DNA of 64,000 nt from Escherichia coli (GCF_050320075.1 NZ_CP190018.1); one strand, 5' to 3'. Positions 1 to 11,777 are shown, counted from the first letter of the stretch. Notes: generated from the letters alone by a model not told the origin. Numbers and translations are program-made.

Positions 1-414
1 AGAACAATGTTTATTGGCGGACTGCAAGGCGCAAAATGGGAAATTCCACATCAGGAAATCCAGAATGCGACGAAAGCCTGCCACGGGCTATTTCCCAAAC
101 GCCTTGTGATGGAAGCAGCCTGTCTGTTTGCCCAACGTTTGCAGGTAGAGCAGATTATTGCCGTCAGCAATGAAACGCATATTTACCGCAGCCTGCGTTA
201 TCGCGATAAAGAAGGCAAGATCCATGCCGATTACAACGCTTTCTGGGAGTCGGTTGGCGGCGTATGTGATGCTGAACGCCATTACCGCCTTCCGGCACAG
301 ATAGCACGAAAAGAGATTGCCGAAATCGCCAGTAAAAAACGGGCTGAATACCGTCGGCGCTATGAGATGCTCGACGCTATTCAGCCACAAATGGCCACGA
401 TGTTTCGCGGTTAA
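1..414 (+). CDS. ybjX: 3' portion of VirK/DUF535-family protein YbjX (5' end lies upstream of window)
   Basis: Frame-1 reading frame open from the window edge to the stop at 412-414; position next to ybjD matches K-12 synteny as remembered; product family assigned from memory, not from motifs. Confidence 0.6.
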   Translation, partial: RTMFIGGLQGAKWEIPHQEIQNATKACHGLFPKRLVMEAACLFAQRLQVEQIIAVSNETHIYRSLRYRDKEGKIHADYNAFWESVGGVCDAERHYRLPAQIARKEIAEIASKKRAEYRRRYEMLDAIQPQMATMFRG

Positions 415-2069
415 TCCGCGCGACCGCGCGCCAGCCACAGCACGCGTGAGAACATTTTTTTCAGCAGCGTCGGTACGGAATCCACACCACGACGTCCTGC
501 CTCCATTGCCACTTCAATGGCAAGATCGGGTTTGGAAGAGCGATGGATCGCTTTCGAGATAATTTTGCGCAGATTCATCGGTACATTTTCCGGGATTTGC
601 GCCACGCGGTGGAACACATCGGAAAATCCCTGGCGATACATAAAATGTTCCATATCCAGCGCCGGTAACGCCGTTAAATGTTCTCGTTCGGCTTCCCGAT
701 CGTTATTCAACAGGCTGCGTACCGTAGCGGCATATTTCTTCCCTGCTTCATCGCCATCGACCAGTACATGCCATTCAATCCCCATTCGCCGGGCAAATTT
801 AACCAGTGGCTTTAGCCCGGACTGGGCAAACTCAATGACCTTGATCCCTTCGGCATCAAAATGATGTCCGCACTGACGCGCCAGTTCATTGATAACCCAA
901 GTTTCCGTTTCCCCTTCCACCAGCAGCCAGCAGCGTGCAAACAGCGATGACGGACGGTTAAAACGAATGTGAAAGGATATGCGTCGGCTATCTTCGGTAC
1001 TCAAGCCACTCGGCCCCAGACGCCAGGCGGCAACGCGCGAGGACTCACGTACCAGTCGGCAAACATGCTCTACCGGCGTTAACGAAAGCAACTCACCCGA
1101 GTTGGTGGTGGCAATGCGCTGCAATGGCAGAAGATTCAACAGATGCCAGGCAACTGAAAGCATAATGGGGTGTAAACGGGTTTCTGGATCTTCGATCAGC
1201 AACAATGGACGGGCGTCTTTATCCAGTCGCAATGTGCCTTTTGCCTGCAATAAAGTAGCAAACAGGCCGAGCAAAATAACCCGATACGAGCGCCCACCAG
1301 GTCGGTCAATCATCCGGTTGATGATATCCAGATAGCGCCAGCTTCGTTGCTCATTGCTGGCCCGCCGCCGCATTAAACGATATCGCGCCTGTCCGGCCCC
1401 CTGCTCAGAGAAATAATGCTCAAGCAGTTGCACCATTGCGGAAAGTCCCTGACGAATCTGCCCATCAGAGAGATTTTGCGGATGTGAGGATAACTCACGG
1501 GCGAGGAAATCGAGCTGGCGCGCGGTGACTTCCACATTAGGGACATTTGGCACCGTGCCGTTACGAATACGGCGCATAAAACGGGCATCACGCAAGCGCA
1601 GCACCGGCATTAAACGCACCAGATGGCGTGCCTGGTCGTTAATATCCTCGACATCAATCGGATGTCCGTCTTTATCGAGAAAACTGCGCAGTGTCATCAC
1701 GCTGCCGTCTTCCGCACTCTCCCCTTCCAGACGATAAAAAATACGGTGATAGCCATCGGTGCATGGCGTCCAGCACGCTTCCAGCGGCCGATAGCGGCGA
1801 ACCCGATGTCGGCCTGGCAGCGATTCGCGGAAGGTCAAAATAATATGCAGATGATGTTCTCGCCCGTTGATATCTCCCGGCGGGAACCAGAAATCGTCGC
1901 GCTCAAAATGGTAGAGATCTGATTCTGGCGATAGCAGCAGGGTTAAGGCGTCCAGCAAGCTGGATTTACCCCACGCGTTCTCCCCAATCAGGACGTTGTT
2001 TTGTTCCAGCATCAACGACAAACGGTTGATACCGCGAAAACCCACAATTTCAACGCGCTCAAGAATCAT
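411..2069 (-). CDS. ybjD: OLD-family ATP-dependent endonuclease homologue (N-terminal ABC-type ATPase, C-terminal Toprim-like region)
   Basis: 552-aa ORF; Walker A-like GENAWGKSS near N-terminus, acidic Toprim-like segment LLVEGETE near C-terminus; length and synteny match YbjD. Confidence 0.9.
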   Translation of the reverse strand: MILERVEIVGFRGINRLSLMLEQNNVLIGENAWGKSSLLDALTLLLSPESDLYHFERDDFWFPPGDINGREHHLHIILTFRESLPGRHRVRRYRPLEACWTPCTDGYHRIFYRLEGESAEDGSVMTLRSFLDKDGHPIDVEDINDQARHLVRLMPVLRLRDARFMRRIRNGTVPNVPNVEVTARQLDFLARELSSHPQNLSDGQIRQGLSAMVQLLEHYFSEQGAGQARYRLMRRRASNEQRSWRYLDIINRMIDRPGGRSYRVILLGLFATLLQAKGTLRLDKDARPLLLIEDPETRLHPIMLSVAWHLLNLLPLQRIATTNSGELLSLTPVEHVCRLVRESSRVAAWRLGPSGLSTEDSRRISFHIRFNRPSSLFARCWLLVEGETETWVINELARQCGHHFDAEGIKVIEFAQSGLKPLVKFARRMGIEWHVLVDGDEAGKKYAATVRSLLNNDREAEREHLTALPALDMEHFMYRQGFSDVFHRVAQIPENVPMNLRKIISKAIHRSSKPDLAIEVAMEAGRRGVDSVPTLLKKMFSRVLWLARGRAD

Positions 2070-2494
2070 ATCCCCTCCAGAAATATGTGACTTATCCTTT
2101 ACGCTGGCAGTATAACGGGAAAGGCCATGCTAATACGTGATGACATCACATTTAAGCATGGCAAATGTCTGAAAAATGAGCGAATAATCGCGTTATACTC
2201 CCTCTTGCTGATAAGCCTGCAAAAACAACAAAATCAAATAATTAGCATGATAAATTATTTTTTATTACGCCTAAAGGATTAAATCTTTTGCTTGCACTAC
2301 ACTGTCAATCAGACAAATGACTATATGGGGCAACCCGCTGTTGCCCTAAATCAAATTTACTGGATTTATTTATCTGGTGAATGACTCGCCTTCGTTTTTA
2401 AAATAGCCGCGCATTATTTCCGTCGTCACTTTTTTACGACGACCCTATAAAACGACCATATTTTTCACAGGGTCAATTTTTAATTGAGGTGGAT

Positions 2495-3190
2495 ATGTTC
2501 AGAAAATTAGCAGCTGAATGTTTTGGTACTTTCTGGCTTGTTTTTGGTGGCTGTGGTAGTGCCGTACTGGCCGCAGGCTTCCCGGAATTAGGCATTGGTT
2601 TTGCCGGCGTGGCGCTGGCATTCGGTCTGACCGTTCTGACGATGGCCTTTGCTGTTGGTCATATTTCTGGTGGTCATTTTAACCCGGCGGTCACTATTGG
2701 TTTATGGGCTGGCGGACGTTTCCCGGCAAAAGAAGTCGTTGGCTACGTAATTGCCCAGGTTGTCGGCGGTATTGTTGCGGCGGCGCTGCTGTATTTAATT
2801 GCCAGTGGTAAAACGGGTTTTGACGCGGCAGCCAGCGGTTTTGCTTCTAACGGTTATGGCGAGCATTCGCCAGGCGATTATTCCATGCTTTCCGCGCTGG
2901 TAGTTGAACTGGTATTGAGTGCAGGTTTCCTGCTGGTGATCCACGGCGCAACCGACAAATTCGCTCCTGCTGGTTTTGCGCCGATCGCTATTGGTCTGGC
3001 CTTAACCCTGATTCACTTAATCAGTATTCCGGTGACTAACACTTCTGTTAACCCGGCGCGCAGCACCGCGGTTGCTATCTTCCAGGGCGGCTGGGCGTTA
3101 GAACAACTGTGGTTCTTCTGGGTGGTGCCAATTGTCGGCGGTATTATCGGTGGTCTGATTTACCGGACTCTACTGGAAAAGCGTAATTAA
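2495..3190 (+). CDS. aqpZ: Aquaporin Z water channel
   Basis: 231-aa product from ATG 2495 (track ORF starts at upstream GTG 2489); two NPA motifs ([14 protein letters not shown]); RBS GAGGTGG upstream. Confidence 0.95.
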   Translation: MFRKLAAECFGTFWLVFGGCGSAVLAAGFPELGIGFAGVALAFGLTVLTMAFAVGHISGGHFNPAVTIGLWAGGRFPAKEVVGYVIAQVVGGIVAAALLYLIASGKTGFDAAASGFASNGYGEHSPGDYSMLSALVVELVLSAGFLLVIHGATDKFAPAGFAPIAIGLALTLIHLISIPVTNTSVNPARSTAVAIFQGGWALEQLWFFWVVPIVGGIIGGLIYRTLLEKRN

Positions 3191-3198
3191 TTAACGCA

Positions 3199-3229
3199 GA
3201 AGGCCTGGCGCAATGTCAGGCCTTTTTTA
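3199..3229 (+). terminator. Rho-independent terminator of aqpZ
   Basis: GC hairpin AGGCCTG-N8-CAGGCCT followed by TTTTTT directly after the aqpZ stop. Confidence 0.8.
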
Positions 3230-3289
3230 AATATATTGATTCATCTTCCTGTTGCGCTCCTTGATGTGTTAAGCCACATATAGTCACTG

Positions 3290-3500
3290 GCGCAGGGAGC
3301 GCGCAGGGGGCGGCCAATCGCCGCCGCCCCCTGCACCCCCGGGCTCTGGCGAACAAAATCGCCGCTGCGCGGTGCCCTCGACTTATCCCTTACGGCTACC
3401 GGGTCGGGCGCGAGGTAACATCCCTGTAAAACGCGCCCTCAGCCCACATCCATGTGGGCTGCCCCGGCCTTCAGGGAACGCCTCGGCGATTTTGACGCCA
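3290..3500. repeat. GC-rich palindromic intergenic element (possible REP/BIME-like or small MITE-like repeat)
   Basis: Perfect 12-bp stem GCAGGGGGCGGC/GCCGCCCCCTGC (3303-3331, 5-nt loop); perfect 10-bp palindrome CAGCCCACAT/ATGTGGGCTG (3440-3461); imperfect long-range inverted repeat GGCGAACAAAATCGCCG (3348-3364) vs CGGCGATTTTGACGCC (3484-3499); G+C far above the neighbouring intergenic DNA. Confidence 0.45.
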
Positions 3501-3673
3501 CCAACACCGGTGCGGTTTGTAATTAAAGCGCAAGAATATCTTTAAATGAAAATGAATACCCTACCGATCCTTATGCATAACATTTCCTTTTAATTGCAAC
3601 TTTACTCGTCCTTCCGCTTTCAGTAGTGTGTCATCGCGCATTTCGACTTCATCTTTGCAAGGACTGGGTTTTC

Positions 3674-4573
3674 ATGTTTTCTGGGCTGTTAATCATTCTG
3701 GTTCCCCTGATTGTGGGTTACCTCATTCCTCTTCGCCAAAAAGCTGCATTAAGAGTTATTAATCAGCTATTAAGCTGGATGGTTTACCTCATTCTCTTTT
3801 TTATGGGTATCAGTCTGGCGTTTCTCGATAACCTCGCCAGTAACCTGTTGGCGATTCTGCATTATTCCGCCGTCAGCATTACCATTATTTTACTCTGCAA
3901 TATTATTGCGTTGTTGTGGCTGGAGCGCGGTCTGCCGTGGCGCAACCACCACCAGCAAGAAAAACTCCCGTCGCGTATTGCGATGGCGCTGGAGTCGCTA
4001 AAACTGTGCGGCGTAGTAGTGATTGGTTTTGCCATTGGCCTGAGTGGACTGGCTTTCTTACAACATGCGACCGAAGCCAGTGAATACACCTTAATTCTGC
4101 TACTTTTCCTCGTCGGTATTCAGTTGCGCAATAATGGCATGACCTTAAAGCAGATTGTCCTTAATCGCCGGGGAATGATTGTCGCCGTGGTGGTGGTTGC
4201 CAGTTCATTAATTGGTGGTTTAATTAACGCCTTTATTCTTGATCTTCCCATCAATACCGCGCTGGCAATGGCCTCTGGTTTCGGCTGGTATTCTCTTTCC
4301 GGTATTTTATTGACTGAATCTTTTGGTCCGGTAATCGGGAGCGCGGCGTTTTTTAATGATCTGGCCCGTGAGCTGATTGCAATTATGTTGATCCCTGGGC
4401 TGATTCGCCGCAGCCGCTCTACCGCACTGGGCTTATGCGGTGCGACGTCGATGGATTTCACCCTGCCCGTTCTTCAACGTACTGGCGGGCTGGATATGGT
4501 CCCGGCGGCAATTGTTCACGGTTTTATTCTTAGCCTGTTAGTGCCGATCCTCATCGCCTTTTTCTCTGCGTAA
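3674..4573 (+). CDS. ybjE: Inner-membrane L-lysine exporter LysO (YbjE)
   Basis: 299-aa polytopic membrane protein from ATG 3674 (track ORF extended to 3626); synteny between aqpZ and hcp. Confidence 0.85.
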   Translation: MFSGLLIILVPLIVGYLIPLRQKAALRVINQLLSWMVYLILFFMGISLAFLDNLASNLLAILHYSAVSITIILLCNIIALLWLERGLPWRNHHQQEKLPSRIAMALESLKLCGVVVIGFAIGLSGLAFLQHATEASEYTLILLLFLVGIQLRNNGMTLKQIVLNRRGMIVAVVVVASSLIGGLINAFILDLPINTALAMASGFGWYSLSGILLTESFGPVIGSAAFFNDLARELIAIMLIPGLIRRSRSTALGLCGATSMDFTLPVLQRTGGLDMVPAAIVHGFILSLLVPILIAFFSA

Positions 4574-4716
4574 TACCTCTCTGGCGGTAGATCCCTGCCG
4601 CCAAAATTGCGCTAAATCAATCTCCCTTAAAGTTGCATGAAAAATCCCTTTTATCCCTGCGTTAAGCGTCTTAACCTTAAACATGTATATTAAATATAAC
4701 TTTAAAAGGTGTGATC

Positions 4717-6369
4717 ATGTTTTGTGTGCAATGTGAACAAACTATCCGTACTCCGGCAGGAAACGGCTGCTCATACGCGCAGGGGATGTGTGGTAAAACG
4801 GCGGAAACCTCTGACCTTCAGGATTTACTCATCGCGGCGCTGCAAGGGCTTTCGGCCTGGGCGGTAAAAGCGCGTGAATACGGCATCATCAACCACGATG
4901 TAGACAGCTTTGCGCCACGCGCATTTTTCTCAACCCTGACCAACGTTAACTTCGATTCTCCGCGTATAGTCGGCTACGCTCGTGAAGCGATTGCCCTGCG
5001 CGAGGCGCTGAAAGCACAATGCCTGGCTGTAGATGCCAACGCCCGCGTCGATAACCCGATGGCTGACCTGCAACTGGTGAGCGATGATCTCGGCGAGCTG
5101 CAACGTCAGGCAGCAGAATTTACCCCTAACAAAGATAAAGCGGCGATTGGCGAAAACATTCTCGGCCTGCGTCTGCTGTGCCTGTATGGCCTGAAAGGTG
5201 CGGCGGCCTATATGGAACACGCGCATGTTCTCGGTCAATACGACAACGATATTTACGCCCAGTACCATAAAATCATGGCGTGGCTGGGAACCTGGCCTGC
5301 CGATATGAACGCGCTTCTTGAGTGTTCAATGGAAATCGGCCAGATGAACTTCAAAGTGATGAGCATTCTGGACGCAGGCGAAACCGGTAAATACGGTCAC
5401 CCGACCCCAACCCAGGTCAACGTCAAAGCGACGGCAGGTAAATGCATTCTGATTTCCGGTCACGATCTCAAAGATCTCTACAACCTGCTGGAACAGACCG
5501 AAGGCACGGGCGTTAATGTCTACACCCACGGCGAAATGCTGCCTGCGCATGGCTACCCGGAGCTGCGTAAATTCAAGCATCTGGTCGGTAACTACGGCAG
5601 CGGCTGGCAGAATCAGCAAGTGGAGTTCGCTCGTTTCCCTGGCCCCATCGTGATGACCTCGAACTGCATCATCGACCCAACCGTAGGCGCTTATGACGAT
5701 CGTATCTGGACCCGCAGCATCGTTGGCTGGCCGGGTGTGCGTCATCTGGATGGCGAAGATTTCTCTGCGGTCATCGCCCAGGCGCAACAAATGGCGGGCT
5801 TCCCGTACAGCGAAATTCCGCACCTGATCACCGTGGGCTTTGGTCGCCAGACACTGCTTGGCGCAGCGGATACGCTGATTGATCTGGTAAGTCGTGAAAA
5901 ACTGCGTCATATCTTCCTGCTTGGCGGCTGTGACGGCGCACGCGGCGAGCGTCACTACTTCACCGATTTCGCCACCAGCGTGCCGGATGACTGTCTGATC
6001 CTGACTCTCGCCTGTGGTAAATATCGCTTTAACAAACTCGAGTTTGGCGATATCGAAGGTCTGCCGCGTCTGGTAGATGCTGGTCAGTGTAACGATGCTT
6101 ACTCAGCGATTATTCTGGCGGTAACGCTGGCAGAGAAACTGGGCTGCGGAGTCAACGATCTGCCGCTGTCGCTGGTGCTCTCGTGGTTTGAACAGAAAGC
6201 GATTGTCATTCTGCTGACACTGCTTTCTCTGGGTGTGAAAAATATCGTCACCGGCCCGACTGCACCTGGTTTCCTGACACCAGACCTGCTGGCGGTGCTG
6301 AACGAGAAATTCGGCCTGCGTTCTATCACCACTGTTGAAGAAGACATGAAGCAACTGTTGAGCGCGTAA
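4717..6369 (+). CDS. hcp: Hybrid-cluster protein (hydroxylamine reductase / NO-stress protein)
   Basis: 550-aa product from ATG 4717; N-terminal Cys cluster CVQCEQT...C...C; operon with hcr. Confidence 0.93.
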   Translation: MFCVQCEQTIRTPAGNGCSYAQGMCGKTAETSDLQDLLIAALQGLSAWAVKAREYGIINHDVDSFAPRAFFSTLTNVNFDSPRIVGYAREAIALREALKAQCLAVDANARVDNPMADLQLVSDDLGELQRQAAEFTPNKDKAAIGENILGLRLLCLYGLKGAAAYMEHAHVLGQYDNDIYAQYHKIMAWLGTWPADMNALLECSMEIGQMNFKVMSILDAGETGKYGHPTPTQVNVKATAGKCILISGHDLKDLYNLLEQTEGTGVNVYTHGEMLPAHGYPELRKFKHLVGNYGSGWQNQQVEFARFPGPIVMTSNCIIDPTVGAYDDRIWTRSIVGWPGVRHLDGEDFSAVIAQAQQMAGFPYSEIPHLITVGFGRQTLLGAADTLIDLVSREKLRHIFLLGGCDGARGERHYFTDFATSVPDDCLILTLACGKYRFNKLEFGDIEGLPRLVDAGQCNDAYSAIILAVTLAEKLGCGVNDLPLSLVLSWFEQKAIVILLTLLSLGVKNIVTGPTAPGFLTPDLLAVLNEKFGLRSITTVEEDMKQLLSA

Positions 6370-6380
6370 GGAGTTTGTCG

Positions 6381-7349
6381 ATGACGATGCCAACGAATCA
6401 ATGCCCGTGGCGGATGCAGGTTCATCACATTAAGCAAGAAACGCCGGATGTGTGGACGATTTCCCTGATTTGCCACGATTACTACCCATATCGCGCCGGG
6501 CAATATGCACTGGTCAGCGTGCGTAACTCAGCCGAAACGCTGCGTGCTTACACCATTTCCTCCACGCCAGGCGTGAGTGAATACATCACCCTGACTGTGC
6601 GGCGGATTGATGACGGTGTCGGCTCCCAGTGGCTGACGCGCGATGTAAAACGCGGTGATTATCTCTGGCTTTCGGACGCGATGGGGGAATTTACCTGCGA
6701 CGATAAAGCAGAAGATAAATTCCTGTTGCTGGCGGCAGGCTGCGGCGTCACGCCGATTATGTCGATGCGTCGCTGGCTGGCGAAGAACCGTCCGCAGGCC
6801 GATGTGCAGGTGATCTACAACGTGCGTTCGCCGCAGGATGTTATTTTCGCCGATGAGTGGCGTAACTATCCGGTGACGCTGGTGGCAGAAAATAACGTTA
6901 CCGAAGGCTTTATCGCTGGTCGTCTCACTCGCGAACTGCTGACTCGCGTTCCTGACTTAGCTTCACGTACCGTGATGACCTGCGGCCCGGCTCCGTATAT
7001 GGATTGGGTAGAGCAGGAAGTGAAAGCGCTCGGCGTGACGCGTTTCTTTAAAGAGAAATTCTTCACCCCAGTAGCGGAAGCGGCGACCAGCGGTCTGAAA
7101 TTCACCAAACTGCAACCGGCACGAGAATTTTACGCCCCGGTTGGCACCACGCTACTGGAGGCGCTGGAAAGCAATAACGTTCCGGTTGTCGCTGCCTGCC
7201 GTGCGGGTGTTTGCGGCTGCTGTAAGACGAAAGTGGTTTCCGGTGAATATACGGTGAGCAGCACAATGACGCTGACCGACGCCGAAATCGCTGAAGGTTA
7301 CGTGCTGGCCTGCTCCTGCCATCCGCAGGGAGATTTGGTTCTCGCATAA
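6381..7349 (+). CDS. hcr: NADH oxidoreductase for Hcp (FAD/NAD-binding domain plus C-terminal 2Fe-2S ferredoxin domain)
   Basis: 322 aa from ATG 6381 preceded by AAGGAG RBS; C-terminal CRAGVCGCC ferredoxin-type cysteine motif; 11 bp downstream of hcp. Confidence 0.92.
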   Translation: MTMPTNQCPWRMQVHHIKQETPDVWTISLICHDYYPYRAGQYALVSVRNSAETLRAYTISSTPGVSEYITLTVRRIDDGVGSQWLTRDVKRGDYLWLSDAMGEFTCDDKAEDKFLLLAAGCGVTPIMSMRRWLAKNRPQADVQVIYNVRSPQDVIFADEWRNYPVTLVAENNVTEGFIAGRLTRELLTRVPDLASRTVMTCGPAPYMDWVEQEVKALGVTRFFKEKFFTPVAEAATSGLKFTKLQPAREFYAPVGTTLLEALESNNVPVVAACRAGVCGCCKTKVVSGEYTVSSTMTLTDAEIAEGYVLACSCHPQGDLVLA

Positions 7350-7358
7350 TCGCCTTAT

Positions 7359-7390
7359 GCCCGATGATATTCCTTTCATCGGGCTATTTA
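7359..7390 (+). terminator. Probable terminator of the hcp-hcr operon
   Basis: Hairpin GCCCGATGA-N8-TCATCGGGC followed by TATTT just after the hcr stop. Confidence 0.5.
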
Positions 7391-7481
7391 ACCGTTAGTG
7401 CCTCCTTTTTCTCCCATCCCTTCCCCCTCCGTCAGATGAACTAAACTTGTAACCGTTATCACATTCAGGAGATGGAGAACC

Positions 7482-9200
7482 ATGAAACAAACGGTTGCAG
7501 CTTATATCGCCAAAACACTCGAATCGGCAGGCGTGAAACGCATCTGGGGAGTCACGGGCGACTCTCTGAACGGTCTTAGCGACAGTCTTAATCGCATGGG
7601 CACCATCGAGTGGATGTCCACCCGCCATGAAGAAGTGGCGGCCTTTGCCGCTGGTGCTGAAGCACAACTTTCAGGAGAACTGGCGGTCTGTGCCGGATCG
7701 TGCGGCCCCGGCAACCTGCACTTAATCAACGGCCTGTTCGATTGCCACCGCAATCACGTTCCGGTACTGGCGATTGCCGCTCATATTCCCTCCAGCGAAA
7801 TTGGCAGCGGCTATTTCCAGGAAACCCACCCACAAGAGTTATTCCGCGAATGTAGTCACTATTGCGAGCTGGTTTCCAGCCCGGAGCAAATCCCACAAGT
7901 GCTGGCGATTGCCATGCGCAAAGCGGTGCTAAACCGTGGCGTTTCCGTTGTCGTGTTACCGGGCGACGTGGCGTTAAAACCTGCGCCAGAAGGGGCAACC
8001 TCGCACTGGTATCATGCGCCACAGCCAGTCGTGACGCCGGAAGAAGAAGAGTTACGCAAACTGGCGCAACTGCTGCGTTATTCCAGCAATATCGCTCTGA
8101 TGTGTGGCAGCGGCTGCGCGGGGGCGCATAAAGAGTTAGTTGAGTTTGCCGGGAAAATTAAAGCGCCTATTGTTCATGCCCTGCGCGGTAAAGAACATGT
8201 CGAATACGATAATCCGTATGATGTCGGAATGACGGGATTAATTGGCTTCTCGTCAGGTTTCCATACCATGATGAACGCCGACACGTTAGTGCTACTCGGT
8301 ACTCAGTTCCCCTACCGCGCCTTCTACCCGACCGATGCCAAAATCATTCAGATTGATATCAACCCAGCCAGCATCGGCGCTCACAGCAAGGTGGATATGG
8401 CACTGGTCGGCGATATCAAGTCAACTCTGCGTGCATTGCTGCCATTGGTGGAAGAAAAAGCCGATCGCAAGTTTCTGGATAAAGCGCTGGAAGATTACCG
8501 CGACGCCCGCAAAGGGCTGGACGATTTAGCTAAACCGAGCGAGAAAGCCATTCACCCGCAATATCTGGCGCAGCAAATTAGTCATTTTGCCGCCGATGAC
8601 GCCATCTTTACCTGTGACGTTGGTACGCCAACGGTGTGGGCGGCACGTTATCTGAAAATGAACGGCAAGCGTCGTCTCTTAGGTTCGTTTAACCACGGTT
8701 CGATGGCTAACGCCATGCCGCAGGCGCTGGGTGCTCAGGCAACCGAGCCGGAACGTCAGGTGGTCGCCATGTGCGGCGATGGCGGTTTTAGCATGTTGAT
8801 GGGCGATTTCCTCTCAGTAGTGCAGATGAAACTGCCGGTGAAAATTATCGTCTTTAATAACAGCGTGCTGGGCTTTGTGGCGATGGAGATGAAAGCTGGT
8901 GGCTATTTGACTGACGGCACCGAACTACATGACACCAACTTTGCCCGCATTGCCGAAGCGTGCGGAATTACGGGTATTCGCGTGGAAAAAGCCTCTGAAG
9001 TCGATGAAGCCCTGCAACGCGCCTTTTCCATCGACGGTCCGGTGCTGGTGGATGTGGTGGTCGCCAAAGAAGAATTAGCCATTCCACCGCAGATCAAACT
9101 CGAACAGGCCAAAGGTTTTAGCCTGTATATGTTGCGCGCAATCATCAGCGGACGCGGTGATGAAGTGATCGAACTGGCGAAAACAAACTGGCTAAGGTAA
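7482..9200 (+). CDS. poxB: Pyruvate oxidase (ubiquinone-dependent pyruvate dehydrogenase, TPP/FAD enzyme)
   Basis: 572-aa ORF with thiamine-diphosphate binding motif GDGGF...N; full-length match to PoxB. Confidence 0.95.
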   Translation: MKQTVAAYIAKTLESAGVKRIWGVTGDSLNGLSDSLNRMGTIEWMSTRHEEVAAFAAGAEAQLSGELAVCAGSCGPGNLHLINGLFDCHRNHVPVLAIAAHIPSSEIGSGYFQETHPQELFRECSHYCELVSSPEQIPQVLAIAMRKAVLNRGVSVVVLPGDVALKPAPEGATSHWYHAPQPVVTPEEEELRKLAQLLRYSSNIALMCGSGCAGAHKELVEFAGKIKAPIVHALRGKEHVEYDNPYDVGMTGLIGFSSGFHTMMNADTLVLLGTQFPYRAFYPTDAKIIQIDINPASIGAHSKVDMALVGDIKSTLRALLPLVEEKADRKFLDKALEDYRDARKGLDDLAKPSEKAIHPQYLAQQISHFAADDAIFTCDVGTPTVWAARYLKMNGKRRLLGSFNHGSMANAMPQALGAQATEPERQVVAMCGDGGFSMLMGDFLSVVQMKLPVKIIVFNNSVLGFVAMEMKAGGYLTDGTELHDTNFARIAEACGITGIRVEKASEVDEALQRAFSIDGPVLVDVVVAKEELAIPPQIKLEQAKGFSLYMLRAIISGRGDEVIELAKTNWLR

Positions 9201-9236
9201 AAAGGGTGGCATTTCCCGTCATAATAAGGACATGCC

Positions 9237-10238
9237 ATGATTGATTTACGCAGTGATACCGTTACCCGACCGAGCCGCGCCATGCTCGAAGCGATGATGG
9301 CCGCCCCGGTTGGGGACGACGTTTACGGAGACGACCCTACCGTTAATGCTCTGCAGGACTATGCAGCAGAGCTTTCCGGTAAAGAAGCCGCCATTTTTCT
9401 GCCTACCGGCACTCAGGCCAACCTGGTCGCTCTGCTCAGTCACTGTGAACGCGGCGAAGAGTATATTGTCGGTCAGGCCGCGCATAACTATCTGTTTGAA
9501 GCCGGTGGCGCGGCGGTGCTGGGCAGTATTCAACCGCAACCCATCGACGCGGCTGCCGACGGCACGCTACCGCTGGATAAAGTGGCGATGAAAATCAAAC
9601 CCGACGATATCCATTTCGCCCGCACCAAATTACTCAGTCTGGAAAACACCCACAACGGCAAAGTGCTGCCGCGGGAATACCTGAAAGAAGCATGGGAATT
9701 TACTCGCGAGCGCAATCTGGCGCTGCATGTTGACGGTGCGCGCATCTTTAATGCCGTGGTGGCTTACGGCTGCGAACTGAAAGAGATCACGCAATATTGT
9801 GATTCGTTCACCATTTGCCTGTCGAAAGGACTTGGGACGCCAGTCGGCTCGTTACTGGTCGGTAATCGTGATTACATTAAACGTGCCATCCGCTGGCGGA
9901 AAATGACCGGTGGCGGGATGCGCCAGTCCGGCATTCTGGCTGCCGCCGGGATGTATGCCCTGAAAAATAACGTCGCGCGCTTACAGGAAGACCACGACAA
10001 CGCCGCCTGGATGGCGGAGCAGTTGCGTGAAGCAGGCGCGGATGTGATGCGTCAGGACACCAATATGCTGTTTGTTCGCGTCGGGGAAGAAAATGCTGCC
10101 GCGTTAGGCGAATACATGAAAGCGAGAAACGTGCTGATTAACGCCTCGCCGATTGTCCGCCTGGTGACGCATCTCGACGTCTCGCGCGAGCAACTGGCTG
10201 AAGTCGCCGCCCACTGGCGCGCATTCCTGGCGCGTTAA
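9237..10238 (+). CDS. ltaE: Low-specificity L-threonine aldolase (PLP-dependent)
   Basis: 333-aa [16 protein letters not shown]-terminus typical of threonine aldolases; immediately downstream of poxB. Confidence 0.92.
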   Translation: MIDLRSDTVTRPSRAMLEAMMAAPVGDDVYGDDPTVNALQDYAAELSGKEAAIFLPTGTQANLVALLSHCERGEEYIVGQAAHNYLFEAGGAAVLGSIQPQPIDAAADGTLPLDKVAMKIKPDDIHFARTKLLSLENTHNGKVLPREYLKEAWEFTRERNLALHVDGARIFNAVVAYGCELKEITQYCDSFTICLSKGLGTPVGSLLVGNRDYIKRAIRWRKMTGGGMRQSGILAAAGMYALKNNVARLQEDHDNAAWMAEQLREAGADVMRQDTNMLFVRVGEENAAALGEYMKARNVLINASPIVRLVTHLDVSREQLAEVAAHWRAFLAR

Positions 10239-10248
10239 GGAGGGAGAC

Positions 10249-11679
10249 GTGCCGCAACGCATTTTAGTTCTCGGTGCCAGTGGCTACATTGGTCAGCATC
10301 TGGTGCGAACACTCAGCCAGCAGGGGCATCAGATCCTGGCGGCGGCACGTCATGTCGACAGGCTTGCAAAGCTGCAACTGGCAAATGTCAGTTGCCATAA
10401 AGTCGATCTCAGCTGGCCGGATAACCTTCCGGCCCTGTTGCAGGATATCGATACGGTCTATTTTCTGGTGCACAGCATGGGCGAAGGCGGCGATTTTATC
10501 GCTCAGGAGCGCCAGGTGGCTCTCAACGTCCGCGATGCGCTACGTGAAGTCCCAGTTAAGCAATTAATCTTTCTCAGTTCGTTGCAGGCCCCGCCACATG
10601 AGCAATCGGACCATCTGCGTGCCCGTCAGGCTACGGCGGATATTCTTCGTGAAGCGGGTGTCCCGGTGACCGAATTGCGTGCCGGAATAATCGTTGGTGC
10701 AGGTTCAGCGGCGTTCGAAGTCATGCGCGATATGGTCTACAACCTGCCAGTCTTAACGCCGCCACGCTGGGTACGTTCACGCACCACGCCCATCGCGCTG
10801 GAAAACTTGCTGCACTATCTGGTGGCGCTGTTAGATCATCCGGCCTGCGAACATCGCATCTTCGAAGCCGCCGGACCAGAAGTGCTCAGTTATCAGCAAC
10901 AGTTTGAACATTTTATGGCGGTGAGCGGTAAGCGTCGCTGGTTGATCCCCATCCCTCTCCCCACCCGCTGGATTTCGGTGTGGTTTCTCAATGTGATTAC
11001 TTCCGTACCACCCACCACCGCCAGGGCGTTGATTCAGGGGCTGAAACACGATCTGCTGGCGGATGACACCGAGCTACGTGCGCTCATCCCACAACGGCTG
11101 ATCGCTTTCGATGACGCGGTACGTCGCACCCTGAAAGAGGAAGAAAAGCTGGTCAACTCCAGCGACTGGGGCTACGACGCTCAGGCCTTTGCCCGCTGGC
11201 GACCGGAGTACGGTTATTTCGCCAAACAGGCGGGGTTTACCGTTAAAACGTCCGCCAGCCTTGCGGCTTTATGGCAGGTGGTGAATCAAATCGGCGGTAA
11301 AGAGCGTTATTTCTTTGGCAATATTTTGTGGCAAACCCGGGCGTTGATGGACCGCGCGATCGGTCATAAGCTGGCGAAAGGCCGCCCGGAGCGTGAATAT
11401 TTGCAGACCGGCGATGCGGTGGATAGCTGGAAAGTGATTGTCGTTGAACCGGAAAAACAACTTACGCTGTTATTTGGCATGAAAGCGCCGGGGCTGGGAC
11501 GACTGTGTTTTACCCTGGAAGATAAAGGCGACTATCGTACTATCGATGTTCGCGCATTCTGGCATCCGCACGGTATGCCGGGGCTGTTTTACTGGTTATT
11601 GATGATCCCCGCGCATCTGTTTATTTTTCGCGGAATGGCAAAACGAATCGCCAGACTGGCAGAACAAAGCACAGATTAA
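10249..11679 (+). CDS. ybjT: Putative NAD(P)-binding protein YbjT (N-terminal Rossmann fold, C-terminal DUF2867-like domain)
   Basis: 476-aa ORF; N-terminal GASGYIG dinucleotide-binding motif; 10 bp after ltaE stop. Confidence 0.85.
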   Translation: MPQRILVLGASGYIGQHLVRTLSQQGHQILAAARHVDRLAKLQLANVSCHKVDLSWPDNLPALLQDIDTVYFLVHSMGEGGDFIAQERQVALNVRDALREVPVKQLIFLSSLQAPPHEQSDHLRARQATADILREAGVPVTELRAGIIVGAGSAAFEVMRDMVYNLPVLTPPRWVRSRTTPIALENLLHYLVALLDHPACEHRIFEAAGPEVLSYQQQFEHFMAVSGKRRWLIPIPLPTRWISVWFLNVITSVPPTTARALIQGLKHDLLADDTELRALIPQRLIAFDDAVRRTLKEEEKLVNSSDWGYDAQAFARWRPEYGYFAKQAGFTVKTSASLAALWQVVNQIGGKERYFFGNILWQTRALMDRAIGHKLAKGRPEREYLQTGDAVDSWKVIVVEPEKQLTLLFGMKAPGLGRLCFTLEDKGDYRTIDVRAFWHPHGMPGLFYWLLMIPAHLFIFRGMAKRIARLAEQSTD

Positions 11680-11777
11680 TCGACAAAACCTGCGTTATTC
11701 TTTCATGTTTCCCATTGCATCATGGGGGAAATCACGGAAGAATGCGCACGTCATTTTCTCAACAACAGTGGATTGAT

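Noticed and set aside
5326-5955. 209-aa ORF antisense to hcp, and similar long antisense ORFs inside core genes (17395-18045 in artP, 18069-18536 in artI, 19760-20227 in artM, 60925-61443 and 61465-62346 in pflF, 11949-12344 in ybjS, 57463-57795 in moeB)
   Set aside because: Each lies wholly within a well-supported gene on the opposite strand, lacks a convincing RBS and has Arg/His/Cys-rich low-complexity composition typical of spurious antisense frames in GC-rich coding DNA.
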